Shown one piece after another: positions 47,495-59,300 of a stretch of 64,000 nucleotides of DNA; positions within the stretch are counted from its first letter, which is position 1; every line of letters begins with the position of its first letter. The notes beneath the pieces were generated by a model. The model was given only the letters and a program-made list of their open reading frames with translations. It was not told where the DNA came from and did not search any database. Origin of the DNA: Azolla caroliniana (Eukaryota; Plantae; Polypodiophyta); contig JBHGNT010000124.1 in the NCBI GenBank assembly GCA_043228905.1, forward strand, positions 1-64,000, given 5' to 3'. The translations under genes and the position numbers were made by a program.

Positions 47495-48050
47495 TGTTCA
47501 TACACTGAAGCACGTGAAGTATAAAATCAAGAGGTGAAAGGTGGGTTTTGAACCCAAGACACAATGCTTGTAGTGTTAACAACTTACCAGTAGTGAGAGA
47601 GAGAGAGAGAGAGAAAGAGAGATTCAATAAGTTATAATATGGCACAACAACTCTCAACTTCATCTTGGACTAGGTTATAACTTCAGTTTATATATGAACT
47701 GAATTAGGACAACTGTCCTTTATAATATTTACATATATGGCCTAAACCTAGTCATTCTACTAGGATAGTGTTAATATGTCCATTATAAGTCCGACAATCC
47801 CCCGCAATGGGCATATTCAACAAAAATATGTAATCAAAAGAAAAAAGTACAAATGTATACAAACGGCTATCAACTGAAAAACAGAAGTTAGATAGGTTGT
47901 GCCAATTGTCAAAAACCAATTTCCAGAAGTGTTGAAGCCAATTGTCCAAAATCGTCCTTATGTCCAACTTAATCAGACTGATTTTTCTTGACACCCATTT
48001 GGTGCAGAAGAGATTGGAATTGGTCTACCCGAAGGCACTTGGTCATCTTA
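47495..48050 (-). mobile_element. Copia 3'-end remnant: RNase H tail, PPT and short LTR starting at 47796; LTR end uncertain
   Basis: Minus strand MTKCLRVDQFQSLLHQMGV, then TTGCGGGGGAT followed by TGTCGGAC. TATATAAA and a (TC)n tract lie downstream. Confidence 0.5.
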
Positions 48051-48619
48051 TCTACTACATTATTGTTCGAGCTCTACAATCCTCTATTGCGTCTTCTCCA
48101 ACTGTTGTGCTGCTTTTATGGCTTTCCATTGGTTCTTGTTTTTTCTCCACCATATCCTTGGCACCAATGGTAATCAAGGCGAGCTCCATGTGCACTTCAA
48201 CCAGTGTTGTGTTGGGGGCGCAGCTCTTTTAGTCGACTCTTCAGGCGCCAACATTCCTCTTTTAGCCGACTCTAGTGAAAGGGCCTTCGTCGTCACTCTC
48301 GGTCGTCTTCTCCATACCGTTATCGAAAGTTGAATCTTTGTATCAGTTTTGCAATCTCCATTTGCTGTAGATTGTCTCCATTACCATTGCCCCAAACTCT
48401 AAACCCTAAAGTCTGTATTACATCCATTTTGGCTTATTGCTCTTGCCCTGTTTCCCTGTAATTGAATCTACAAAACATGAATCCTGAGACGTTCACACAC
48501 ACAAGACGAATGAAGCCATAACCAAAGGGCATGAACAAGCTCTAAGCTCGGGCCATGATTATTTCCAAGATTCCAAGAAATCTCTCTAATGTGAGAATCA
48601 TAGAGTTGGACATAGGAGC

Positions 48620-48847
48620 TCTTGTTGTTAGGAACTAAATAATGCCTAGTGCCTCCTTTTATAGTGTTCTCAATAATAGTCTTAAAGCTTTTAGAATGGT
48701 CCAAAGAAATCTGGAATATACATTAATTTCCTATAATAAAACGTAAATGAAAATAATATTTTATGTATTACAATAGATGATATAATGGTCAAGAGCTCAA
48801 CCCATATAACATAAGGTCATGGGTTCGAGTTTTGCCATATCATGACA
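48620..48847 (-). mobile_element. LTR fragment related to the Tcn1-like LTR at ~39130-39364
   Basis: Shared GCCTC.TTTTATAGT, GAAATCT.GAATAT, AAATAATATTTT..GTATTACAAT and terminal ATATCATGACA. Confidence 0.65.
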
Positions 48848-51800
48848 CTAGGTATACAAAAACTAAGAAAATTGTATTAACAAGGAGAAACAACCAACAA
48901 CTACAAAGAAGAGGAGATTCAAGAGCTTATGTAGTCACCTTCTCTCTATATTCTATTACTACAACCACCTCTTGGGAAGGAGGTGGAGACTTAACTTCTA
49001 TGACACATTAGTTATGATACAAAATGGTGGGATGTTTACACACTTGGCTATTCCTAAGGTGTGTTCCCACAATAAGGAAGTTGAGTTTGATTCTCAACAA
49101 TATATTTGTGATTATATTTTTCTTAAGCACATAATTACATAACTAAATATATGAGCCATTTGCAGGTTTATTCTGCCACTTGGCTCGATACAGATTATGT
49201 CCTTGGCACAACTCTAAGCAGGTGAAAATGCTCATCTACCATTAGCACCTATGAAGAAATTATTTTCTGAAAACTGAGCAAAGCATTTGTTGTTTGTAAT
49301 GACAATACAAATCAATCACTTCATAAGGCTCTTATTGAGCCAATACAAAGACACTCAATGTAGGGCCAAGTAGACCACTCATCTCTTGTTACTCAAATTT
49401 ATGCGTAGAAAATGTTGCCACTATGAAAAATCTTGATCTACTCTCTGGTTTCCTTGCAAACATGTGAAAACTTCTCATCTTCAACAAAAACAAGAATTTG
49501 AAATTTTCGTTTTAAGTGTTATATTTGCAAGAATGGAAATTCAAACTCCCAACTACTAAAGATCCCTAGGATCGGAAACCCTTTTCTTAGCTAATGCTTT
49601 AGATATGTGTCAAGCCCACAAGAGAACTTAAGTTCTCTTATGGTCAGCCCAAACCATTGTGGAGACCCAACCTTCGTGTTTAGTTTTTGTTATTACTCAT
49701 TGCGTAGAAAAGTCCACATGAAGGAACTCACATATTTCCATCATGGATGGAAACAGTGTGTTGGCCATTTGAATCAGTCAAGAGTTCAAATCCTTCGTGC
49801 AAAGCTTTTGTACAATGCTTTTCGCGTAAAGCAACTAAATGGCAACAACTATTGCACAACATGAAGTGCCCTTCTGTTATGTGCCATTGTTTGTAGTGGA
49901 TGAGGAGGACATTGTTGAACCTCCTGATCACCAAACCCCAACCCAATCCTAGGCTCTACATCGAGCCTTGGGTTCACATTACTCTTCGTTTCTTTGGCAA
50001 ATGAAGGAAAAATAAATTCGCAAATACAAGCCCTTCAATTGAAAAGAAAATAACGTTTTCCCTAAAATACATTTCTCCTCTTTATATTTATACCTAAACT
50101 AACCCACATAAAACTACGCTTCCTCTATTCCAAAAGTTCCTTGGCGCATACCCTTCTTTTTTCTCTTTGTAAACCATAAAACTCTTCTTTCTCCCCTAAA
50201 CACAAAAATAGATGCAATGCAAACCAAAAATACAAGTGCGCATTAGACGAAGGATAGTATAAAGAGTGAGGGCCTAGCATTGAAATATGGTATAAAGGTA
50301 ATATCTATAAACCTTTACACCCTTCTCCCAAGTGTTAAAGAGACACTTGTGGAGGTTCTTTCTCATTATACTCCTTAGAGCTAAACCTTAGTCATTTTCT
50401 CTCAAGAGGACATCCTATCCTTGAACAAAGGCCAAGGATAGGATGTCTCTCATTTTTTATTGACATGCACCAAGGCCACCACTTTTGCCATCAATTGCAC
50501 ACTCACCCAATCGTTGTCTATACCCACCTCACTTTCTACCCTCTTCCCCATTGTTAGACTTAGTCCAAGTTATACAATGCACATGATCCATTCCTACTTG
50601 AGTAGCTAGCCTCCCCAAACCCCCACATGATTCATTCCTTATCCTTGCTCCCAACATCCAAGCTTCCATTATCATTTTTTCTCTCCTTCCCATCCTCCTC
50701 TCCTCGCCTCTTTTTGAAGGACACTCTTTCCTAATGGGGCCTCAAGTTTAATCGCAATCGCAACCTATGCATATGTGCACGAGAGTTGGTATTGGCATAC
50801 CTCCATGATTTTGAGTTCATGTCAAACATAGTTCCTCACGCTCATATCTTAGCTTTTTGAAGCCTCGCTTCCCCCACTCAACTTCTTTCACTTCACCCAC
50901 CGATGTAGTCACCTGACACTCCAACACAAATGAAGACTTCTCATGTTTTTAAGAAACACTTCATCCTCATTGCTATTAAGTTAGTTTAGTTTAGTTTAGT
51001 TTAGGTTAAAACATCTTTCTTATATTTGTCGAAATCTTTTTTCATGAGAATTGTTATTGTTGTTTCTCCATGTCCACTTATAGTGTTTGGCACAAACACT
51101 TTATTTGAATGCTTGTGGTATTTATATCAAACCTTAAATTGGAACTTGAGCTAGATTTAAGTAGAGGAAATCTCAAAACTATGTGAAATTGTAGTCAATA
51201 TAAGATATACTATATTGCAATCTTCAAATAACCGTCTTTGACGCTTTCATTGCTTGAATCATTGAATGTAACATTGCATTGCTTGCATAAGCACTGTATG
51301 TTGCAATAATATAGCAACTTCTTTTCGCTACTTCAAAAGTATCTAGCATAATTGACAAGAGAATGCAATTTTGTCCTTAGTGACCATGATATTCTAGAAA
51401 AATAATTGGAGCTTCATTGTTTAGATGCACAAATTTCTTTATCTAAATTTTGGCATTGGCAAATTTTTTTGGAGGCAACATACTCCCAATATAACCGTTG
51501 ATTATTGGTGAAAAAAACCTAAACACTAACTTTGTTGTGAGATAACATTTTGAGATTTTTTTTGTTGGGAAATGATTTGTTGATATATAACATCAAAGAC
51601 AGAAATGATTTGCTGCAATTTACGCATGAGGCTTCTATATTTGGATGGCTTCTCTTCTACATGTTGCAAAGTGAAGAACAATAACAAAAGAGAAGGAATT
51701 TATAGGCATCCTTTGAGTAGGGGATCAAGGAGATGATTTATGTTTGCAAAACATGACTAAGCCAAGCCTCATGTTAAAGCTTGAAAAACCTTCTACAAAA

Positions 51801-52518
51801 CAACTCATTTTCAGTGCACTTCCTATGGTACATACAATGATCACAATAATACGATAGAGTTGCATCTACACATGGTAATTCTGGAACTTCTTGGGGGTGT
51901 CAATGCCATTCATTACATACAACAAATGGAGAGTTGGTTTATATAGGGTATTGTTTCGATATTAAGGGAGGGCAATATGCAACTAGACGGTTAAATGACA
52001 TTCGAAGAAACAACCTATGGAGAGATAAGGTGATAGAAATGTGAGAGACTTGTCATATATACGTATATATAGGCTAAAAATATGATGGTACAAAGGAGTT
52101 GAAAACAAGGATCCCATGGACATCAAATCAATTCTGAATAGGCTGCTTACACTACAATAGGCTTGTTTCAAACATTCACCAAGAAGTTGTTCAGGCGTTG
52201 TTTTGTCCGTGTGAGAAAGAGCCCACTTTCATTCATGTTTCACTTTTCAATGTTCGGCACTTGTGAGGTTTTCGCTGGGTAATGTCCGGCTATCGACTCT
52301 CTTTGTCGGCATACAAAACAGCCTCTTAATGTTAGGAGCCCACTTTCCTTCGCGTTCCTTACAATGCTCTAGCATGATGAGGCTTCATTAGCTATAGTAC
52401 ATTCCACCTCTCTTGACATATATAAGAGAACCTCTTAATGTTAGGTTCGGATTGGTAAGTGTGCATCCATGGTGTGGAAAAATGCCTTAAGACTTGTTGT
52501 GACAGTGTGAAAAAGGTC

Positions 52519-55071
52519 TCATTGTCTCTTTGATATTGAATACAAGGATGGGACATGAAGAGCTTTCATGGATGTAAAAAAGCCAAGGCAACCCAATAAT
52601 CCATGCCTATAGGGAAGAAGAGTTCTCTTCTTCATGACCTCAGCTTGTGCCCTTTGAGAGGATGCATATTGGTGATGAGCACCAGAGAAGAAGATGTGTG
52701 GATTGGATTGAGGACTAGACAATGAGGCCCTCTGAGACTCATGTATACCTCCTTTTCCTTCCATATCCATGTCTTTCATGAATGATCTCTTGTTATCACA
52801 CACCTGACACATCATGTGTTGCTGGTTTCCATACATCCCACTCTCTTCTTGCACACACTTTCCATCATTCCTATTAGTTCCATGCTCTTTAAGGAGCTCC
52901 TCTAGTGTTCTCCTCTTAGGATATACAACTTTCTCTGAGATGTTGTTGTTGTTGTTGTTGTTGTAGGTGCTACTATAGATCATGTGGCTCTCAAAAGATG
53001 GCCTTGGTGGGACCATCATCAAATCATCTATGTGGAACACTCTAAGTGGAGATAAGGACCTTGCTCTCCTATGCGACTCGCCACGATGCCGGGGCATCGA
53101 GCTTGTGTGATTCGAATAGCTGTTTTGTCCATGATTTTGTTGTTCACGGTTAATCTTACGCTTACTCGTCATCCCATCATGAAATTCAGGGGCCCTGTTT
53201 TTCACTTGATGGGGCATTGTGTATCCACTCATCTCGCCGGATTGTTGTTGATGATGATACTGATGAGCATTGCTACACTCTAAGTTACTATGGATGTTGT
53301 TCATATCACCATGAGGAGGATCAGGCTTCATATGGCTGCTCTTCAAATCATCATGGTCTGGATTGGGCTTCATGTGGATGCCCTTCAAATCACCATGAGA
53401 ACAATTCGGCTGTGTATCGATGTAATTGTGATGACATCGAGGAGAATTCATCTTCATGTTGATGTTCTTCACATCACCAAAATGAGGATTAGGCTGCATG
53501 TTGATCATGCTTTGAACATCACCATGATACAGTTTGGGCTGAAAATGGAAGCCCTTTACATCACCATGATAAGGATTGGGCTGCATGTGGATGCTCCTCA
53601 CATCACTATGATGATGGTTGTGCTGCATATGGATGTCCTTCACTATCCTGCAATGATGGTTGGGCTGCATAGAGGTGTTAGTTACATGGCCATGATGAAG
53701 ATATGGTTGCATCTTGATGTTCTCCCCATTACTATGATCTGGATAGTTCAGCACCTTCATATTCCTCACATCACCATGATCTGGATAGGGCAGCATCATG
53801 CTTGTCCTCACATCACCATTATGTGGATAAGGGTGCATCTTGATGCTATTTATATCATCAAGATGATTCATATTGATGGTGTTCAGATCAATATGATGAG
53901 AATTGGCATGCATTTTGATGGTGTTCACTTCATTATGATGAGGATTGGCATGCATTTTGATGGTGTTCACATCAATTTGATGAGGATTGGCATGCATTTT
54001 GATGCTATTCACATCAATTTGATGAGGATTGGCATGCATTTTGATTCTGTTTGCATCACGGCGGTGAGGATTGGCAAGCACTTTCATGTTGGTTGGATCA
54101 CCATGATGAGGAATGGCGTGCATATAGAAGCTCTTCTCATCATCACTGTGATGGGTCATGGCTGCATGCATATCCATGCTTCTCACATCATCACCATGGC
54201 AGCTCATGGCTGCATGCATATCCATGTTCTTCACAGAATCACCATGACAGCTCATGGCTGCATGCATATCCATGTTCTTCACAGAATCACCATGACAGGT
54301 CATGGCTGCATGCATATCCATGTTCTTCACGGAATCACCATGAAAAGCAATGGTTTGCATAGTGATGCCCTTCACATCATCCCTGTGTTGATGATTGGAT
54401 ATATGTACATTCCTCATCTCATTTTGATGATGATTAGGGATCTGAGAAAAGCATCTTACCACATGATGTTGTAGTTGTCTCCTTCTTGCCCTGCTTCTCT
54501 TCCATATCTCTAAAGCAGTCTCATGGCCATCCTTGGTATCAGTATTAGCAGAGCTTTCTTGTTGAGAATAACCACAGTTTTCTTGTCTGGAGCCACAACA
54601 GTATTTGTGGATGCCATAATCTTCTTCATCATCATCATCATCATTATGAACCTTTCTTGAGGGCCTGCAACTGGCACCAATCTTAGTACCATAATTAAGT
54701 GAGCCAGAATTAACCCCGTTCTCCTGCGGAGCGGGATCGGGACAACCAAATGCTCTGTTTAGTGGTCTAATTTTGCCATTGTAGAAGAGCTCCTCTGCAG
54801 AGCACATGTAGCTAGTATTAATGGCACTACTAAATGCAGCAGTGTTAGAAGAGGAAGAGGTAGTAGTATTGCCATATCCAACATCAGAAAACCTTGCACT
54901 GAAGTCGAAATCGGAGCTGCTACTGCTACTGCTACTGCCTGTAGAATCACGAACAAGAATATCTGTAGCAGTAGTAGTGGTATTAGGGCTAGGAGGATTA
55001 GAAATTAGGGTTTGGGTGCCATCTTCCTCATCTTGATTTCCTTTGCCATTATCCTCCAGAGAGCTGTGCAT
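52519..55071 (-). CDS. DUF1645-type plant protein (850 aa from ATG 55071), intronless, with a large His/Met/Asn-rich repeat insert
   Basis: Motifs DFDFSARF, MCSAEELFYNGKIRPL, RRARSLSPLR and C-terminal QRAQAEVMKKRTLLPYRHGLLGCLGF match my recollection of this family. The upstream in-frame extension is CT-microsatellite 5' UTR. Confidence 0.8.
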   Translation of the reverse strand: MHSSLEDNGKGNQDEEDGTQTLISNPPSPNTTTTATDILVRDSTGSSSSSSSSDFDFSARFSDVGYGNTTTSSSSNTAAFSSAINTSYMCSAEELFYNGKIRPLNRAFGCPDPAPQENGVNSGSLNYGTKIGASCRPSRKVHNDDDDDEEDYGIHKYCCGSRQENCGYSQQESSANTDTKDGHETALEIWKRSRARRRQLQHHVVRCFSQIPNHHQNEMRNVHISNHQHRDDVKGITMQTIAFHGDSVKNMDMHAAMTCHGDSVKNMDMHAAMSCHGDSVKNMDMHAAMSCHGDDVRSMDMHAAMTHHSDDEKSFYMHAIPHHGDPTNMKVLANPHRRDANRIKMHANPHQIDVNSIKMHANPHQIDVNTIKMHANPHHNEVNTIKMHANSHHIDLNTINMNHLDDINSIKMHPYPHNGDVRTSMMLPYPDHGDVRNMKVLNYPDHSNGENIKMQPYLHHGHVTNTSMQPNHHCRIVKDIHMQHNHHHSDVRSIHMQPNPYHGDVKGFHFQPKLYHGDVQSMINMQPNPHFGDVKNINMKMNSPRCHHNYIDTQPNCSHGDLKGIHMKPNPDHDDLKSSHMKPDPPHGDMNNIHSNLECSNAHQYHHQQQSGEMSGYTMPHQVKNRAPEFHDGMTSKRKINREQQNHGQNSYSNHTSSMPRHRGESHRRARSLSPLRVFHIDDLMMVPPRPSFESHMIYSSTYNNNNNNNISEKVVYPKRRTLEELLKEHGTNRNDGKCVQEESGMYGNQQHMMCQVCDNKRSFMKDMDMEGKGGIHESQRASLSSPQSNPHIFFSGAHHQYASSQRAQAEVMKKRTLLPYRHGLLGCLGFFTSMKALHVPSLYSISKRQ
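53290..54420 (-). repeat. Coding minisatellite, ~45-48-nt units (15-16 aa, e.g. HGDSVKNMDMHAAMSC, HANPHQIDVNSIKM), over 20 units
   Basis: Visible periodic CATCACCATG/GGATTGG units; frame preserved throughout. Confidence 0.88.
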
Positions 55072-55174
55072 TTCTTGGGGTACAGAGAGAAAGAATGGAG
55101 GATTCCCAAGAAGCCAAAGAAAAAGAAGCCGATAAGCAGAGATGCAGGCAAAGGGGTAAGTAATCTCTGCAAGA

Positions 55175-55175
<1 letters not shown>

Positions 55176-55209
<34 letters not shown>

Positions 55210-55344
55210 AGAGGGAGAGGGAGAAGAAACAGTAATTTTAATTGATTGAAGCAGAGAAAGTGATGGGCTCTCCCCAAGTTTATGTGTGTTGGGCCCAATG
55301 TGTGTGTGTGTATTCAAATCTCGAAGAGAAAGAAAGGGATGGGG

Positions 55345-55393
<49 letters not shown>

Positions 55394-55780
55394 AACAGAG
55401 AAGAAGAGAGAGAAGGAGAGAGAGTGTGTGTGAGAGAAGGAACAGAGAAGAGAGAGTGTGTGAATGGTGTGTGTGAGAGTGAACTGAGAGAAGAAGAGAG
55501 AGAGAGAAAGAGAGAGAAGGAACAGAGAAGAGAGAGAGTGTGTGAATGGTGTGTGTGAGAGTGAACTGAGAGAAGAAGAGAGAGAGTGTGTGGATATGGT
55601 GTGTGTGAGAGTGAACTGAGAAGGAGAGAGAGAGAGAGAGTGTGTGAGAGAAGGAACAGAGAAGAGAGAGAGTGTGTGAGAGAAGGAACAGAGAAGAGAG
55701 AGAGTGTGTGTATGGTGTGTGTGAGTGAGCTGATAGAAGGAGAGAGAGAGAGAGAACAGAGAGATAGAAGGAACAGAGTA
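55176..55780. repeat. (GA)n microsatellites and compound GA/GT minisatellite in the 5' region of the DUF1645 gene
   Basis: Long GA runs and repeated GAGAAGGAACAGAGAAGAGAGAG / GTGTGTGAGAGTGAACTGAG units. Confidence 0.9.
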
Positions 55781-56216
55781 TGGTCTTCTTAACTTTTTTT
55801 CCTTCTTTCTTTCTTTTATTCTTTTGTCCTATTTCTCTCTATACATATCTAACTCTAATAGTTAGTGGTAACTGAAGAGGTTCCACCTCCAGTTACCACT
55901 TCCTATGGATCCTCAAAAGCTCATTTATCTATCCATCCATCCATCCATGGAGAAGTTCACGATTCCATCCATGTAGCCTTACATAGCCTTCGATCCGATC
56001 GATCGCCTAATGTGTCCTCTCTCTATGCCATAAATGTGTGTTGAAAATCCTCGTTATGTCTTGCTCGATTGCTCTTTTTGATACTTCGTTTGTAAAGAGA
56101 CATATAGAGAGAGAGAGGGAGGGAGAGAGAGAACTCATCAATTGTGGGAAAGATATCTTTCTAATGTCCATTGGAGACCAATTATGATCTATGACACAAG
56201 TGCCTAGCCCATGGGA

Positions 56217-56230
56217 AGAGAGAGAGAGAG

Positions 56231-56284
<54 letters not shown>
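56217..56284. repeat. (GA)n-(GT)n microsatellite
   Basis: About 25 GT units directly visible. Confidence 0.95.
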
Positions 56285-56285
<1 letters not shown>

Positions 56286-56327
56286 CGCGCACACATGTAT
56301 GTGGGCGCCATATTGGTAAGCCCATAT

Positions 56328-56399
56328 GGATGTAGCTCTATTGGTATGGTTCTCCCTCCAATGGGAACCAAAAGGTCATGGCTTCAACACCTTACATTC
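56328..56399 (+). other. Degenerate tRNA-derived sequence (pseudo-tRNA or SINE head)
   Basis: GGATGTAGCTCTATTGGTA...GGTCATGGCTTCAACACCTTACATTC: tRNA length, A-box-like and B-box-like motifs, GGATGT/ACATTC end pairing. Confidence 0.4.
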
Positions 56400-59300
56400 A
56401 ACAGTGGCATCGACTAAACCAAGAGGATATGTATGGAGTAATAGAGAGGTGAGAAAGAAGACCCAAAATGTAGGGTTAGTATTCTTACAACTTGTTGCTA
56501 CTTTGGGTAAGCTAATTACGATAATGTGTGTGTGTGAGAGAGAGAGAGAGAGAAAGAGAGAGATGGGAATGGGCTTTTTGGATGTCTGGTTGATCATGTC
56601 GAGCATGTGCAATTGTGTGGGGTGTGTGTGTGTGAAAGAGCGAGAGATGGGCTTTTTAGATGTTTGGTTGATCATGACGGCCATGTGCAATGAACTTATT
56701 GAAATCCATCGATATCGCTCGCATTTTGACACATACTCAAATGTGATGGCAAGTTATCATGCTACCAACCAAATTCACCTATGTTGTTTGCATGTGAAAT
56801 CCCCCAATAATCTCTCCATATGGGATAGATAACATATATCATTGATCTTCGATTGCACTCTCGTAAATTCAAGATTGTGTTACCCAATTCGAATATGTGT
56901 ATTATGGATGGGGGGCCAAGTGTAAAAGGGGAATTTCTCACTTAGAACATTGTTGAGGACTAAAAACAAGCACGCATCTCACCAATTCTCCATGTCTTAG
57001 GAGATGAGTGTTGAAAAGGTCTAATTGCCAACACAAACCTCTTGTTAGGGAATTTGGCCTGCAAAGGATTACATGATTACTACATCATTCACAAAAAGCA
57101 CACGGTGTACTTCTTTTACATATATAATAAAGGACATGCTACAAAAGTATCAAAGACCACACTCTTTATGAAAAGCAAAATGGTCACCATTTACACGGTT
57201 GTAATCAATGACACTACAGAAGAGCGAGCCAAAACTGAAATGTTATATTAATGTTTGCAAAATGCCGACATGGCCTCCAAGGCTGCAAGAATCACATCCT
57301 TGTGATATCTCATAAAATGTTTTATAGCAATTAAAAAAGAGAAGGAATTGTGACTAGACGATGTTGTTTTGTCATAGTTCTCAAGGGGTCAATAGCATGT
57401 CTTTATGAGAGAGACTTTTCTTTTAATTCATCCTCAAAGGCAAAATACAACCTACGACACCAAAGAGAGGTAGTTTAGATGTTGGTTCTTGCATACAAAC
57501 CACACACAAGTGTTCCCTTGATCATGAATGAGTAGGGTAGGCCAAACAGACAGTAAATTGAATATACTAGTTATGGCCATAGTCGTGAATTTGAGAGTTT
57601 AAAAATCCTTGAATAGTTATCAAACGACCATCTTATACCACCTATTTATCATTCTCTTAGATTGTTTATTTCAATGGCGTAATTCTTCAGTTCTATTAGT
57701 TTAACCTCCTAAGGAATCCAAAACTCGGTCTTTCAAGCATTGTGTTTATTGGAGGAGTCAAATTCAAATCATTGCCTTCCGGTTTAAGGACAACATATCA
57801 CCAATGAAAGATTAGTTTGTTTTCCGCGTTGCATTTCATCACAATCTATTGTCCCAATGTGTGTTTGTCAAGAAATTTGATAATACACAACCACAATCAA
57901 CTTCTTTATGTAATGATATTTCATAATTGCTAAAACAGTCCTTTAGAGTGGCCGTAGCAACCAATACCACGATGGCATCGAGAGTGGTAAGATTGAATAT
58001 GAAGAATGTTATTTTTATTTCAACATAGAAGAGGAATAATGGGTTAAACTTCAACATAGATGAGGATCTAGCCTTCATTGCTCAATTGAATAGACCCTCT
58101 TTCAAATGCAGAGGGGATTGCTCTTCCATGGTTTAATAAGGGATGCTTTTATATAAATACAAGCAATTGGAATTGTTCATAACTTTGGTGGTTCACATTT
58201 TGATCTTTGGTATACTAATGCATATGGTTAGGGCTTTGGCCTCTAGATGCATTCCTATGTGGGGCATATCCAATGCTTATCCGCACACTGTGTGCGTGTG
58301 CATGTGTGTTGGTGTGTAAACACATAGAACATTGGTATTATTGTTGTTTTTATTGAATTTTTCAATGGATGAATTCTAAGAGTAGTGAAGTGACAAGGAT
58401 TGTTGTCACATGACACAAAAGAGACTCTACTCTAGACTCATAATACTATGTTGACCAGAACACCCCCATATAACCTTGGCGAAAGAGTTCTACCCCACTT
58501 TGCAGGATGCGAACCGTGATGTGCGTCCATGTGGTATATTTAAATTTTAAACCTTGTCGTCTTGGTATTGGCCATGTAGTCATGCAACCTTACATTAACG
58601 AATATTGAGTGTGAAACTGAATAGCTCAACAATGGTTGTAGTCCTAAAGTGCAGACAAAGTGATGAAGTCCGATAGTTTAATATTATTTTTAGACCGATG
58701 GTGTAAAACAACATGTCTACTCAAAGTCATCACGAAGCCAAAGATGCTTATATTTATAGTCTTCAACACGTTAAAAAAAACTTCAATTTTAGTACATAGT
58801 TTAAAGTGATGAATGCATCCGCGGATCATGATCAAGAAGAAATGACAAGGAGGTAAGATGTCAACATCGTCACTTTACAGTATCGCAAATTGAATACATT
58901 TTGCACACACATACTTCAGTGTTGATGGCCACACAATATGTAGGGCGGCAACTTTTGGGAGCATTATGATTTAAATGATAATGCGAATATTTAAGAGCTA
59001 AAGAGAATATGACATGCATCATATAGCCATATGTGCATGATCTACAACATTCAACAAACACGTCCACATTACAACTATGTATGTTAGGCAACAACCACGT
59101 TTTTTGAGCACTGTGATTAAAATGATGGCGTAAAATATTTAAGGGCTAAAGGGCGAATGATTTGAATTGGATAGGCTTGTGCACATTATTGACGACATTC
59201 GACTCCACGTGTATTTACAATATGTTTTTTTCAATGTGCTAAGGAAGGGAGGTGTAACTATATCCTCCTTTGCAGGCATTTCGAGAACGCGACCTTACAA

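Noticed and set aside
48900-52200. AT-rich region with short ORFs, possibly very old TE debris
   Set aside because: No motifs, termini or TSDs that I can support.
53290-54474. 394-aa antisense ORF rich in His/Met/Ile
   Set aside because: It mirrors the coding repeat. CAT (His) and ATG (Met) are reverse complements and the repeat happens to lack antisense stops, so no separate gene is needed.
55072-55317. N-terminal 82 aa of the 932-aa ORF
   Set aside because: Translates CT microsatellite (SLSLSL) from a non-ATG start; most likely 5' UTR.
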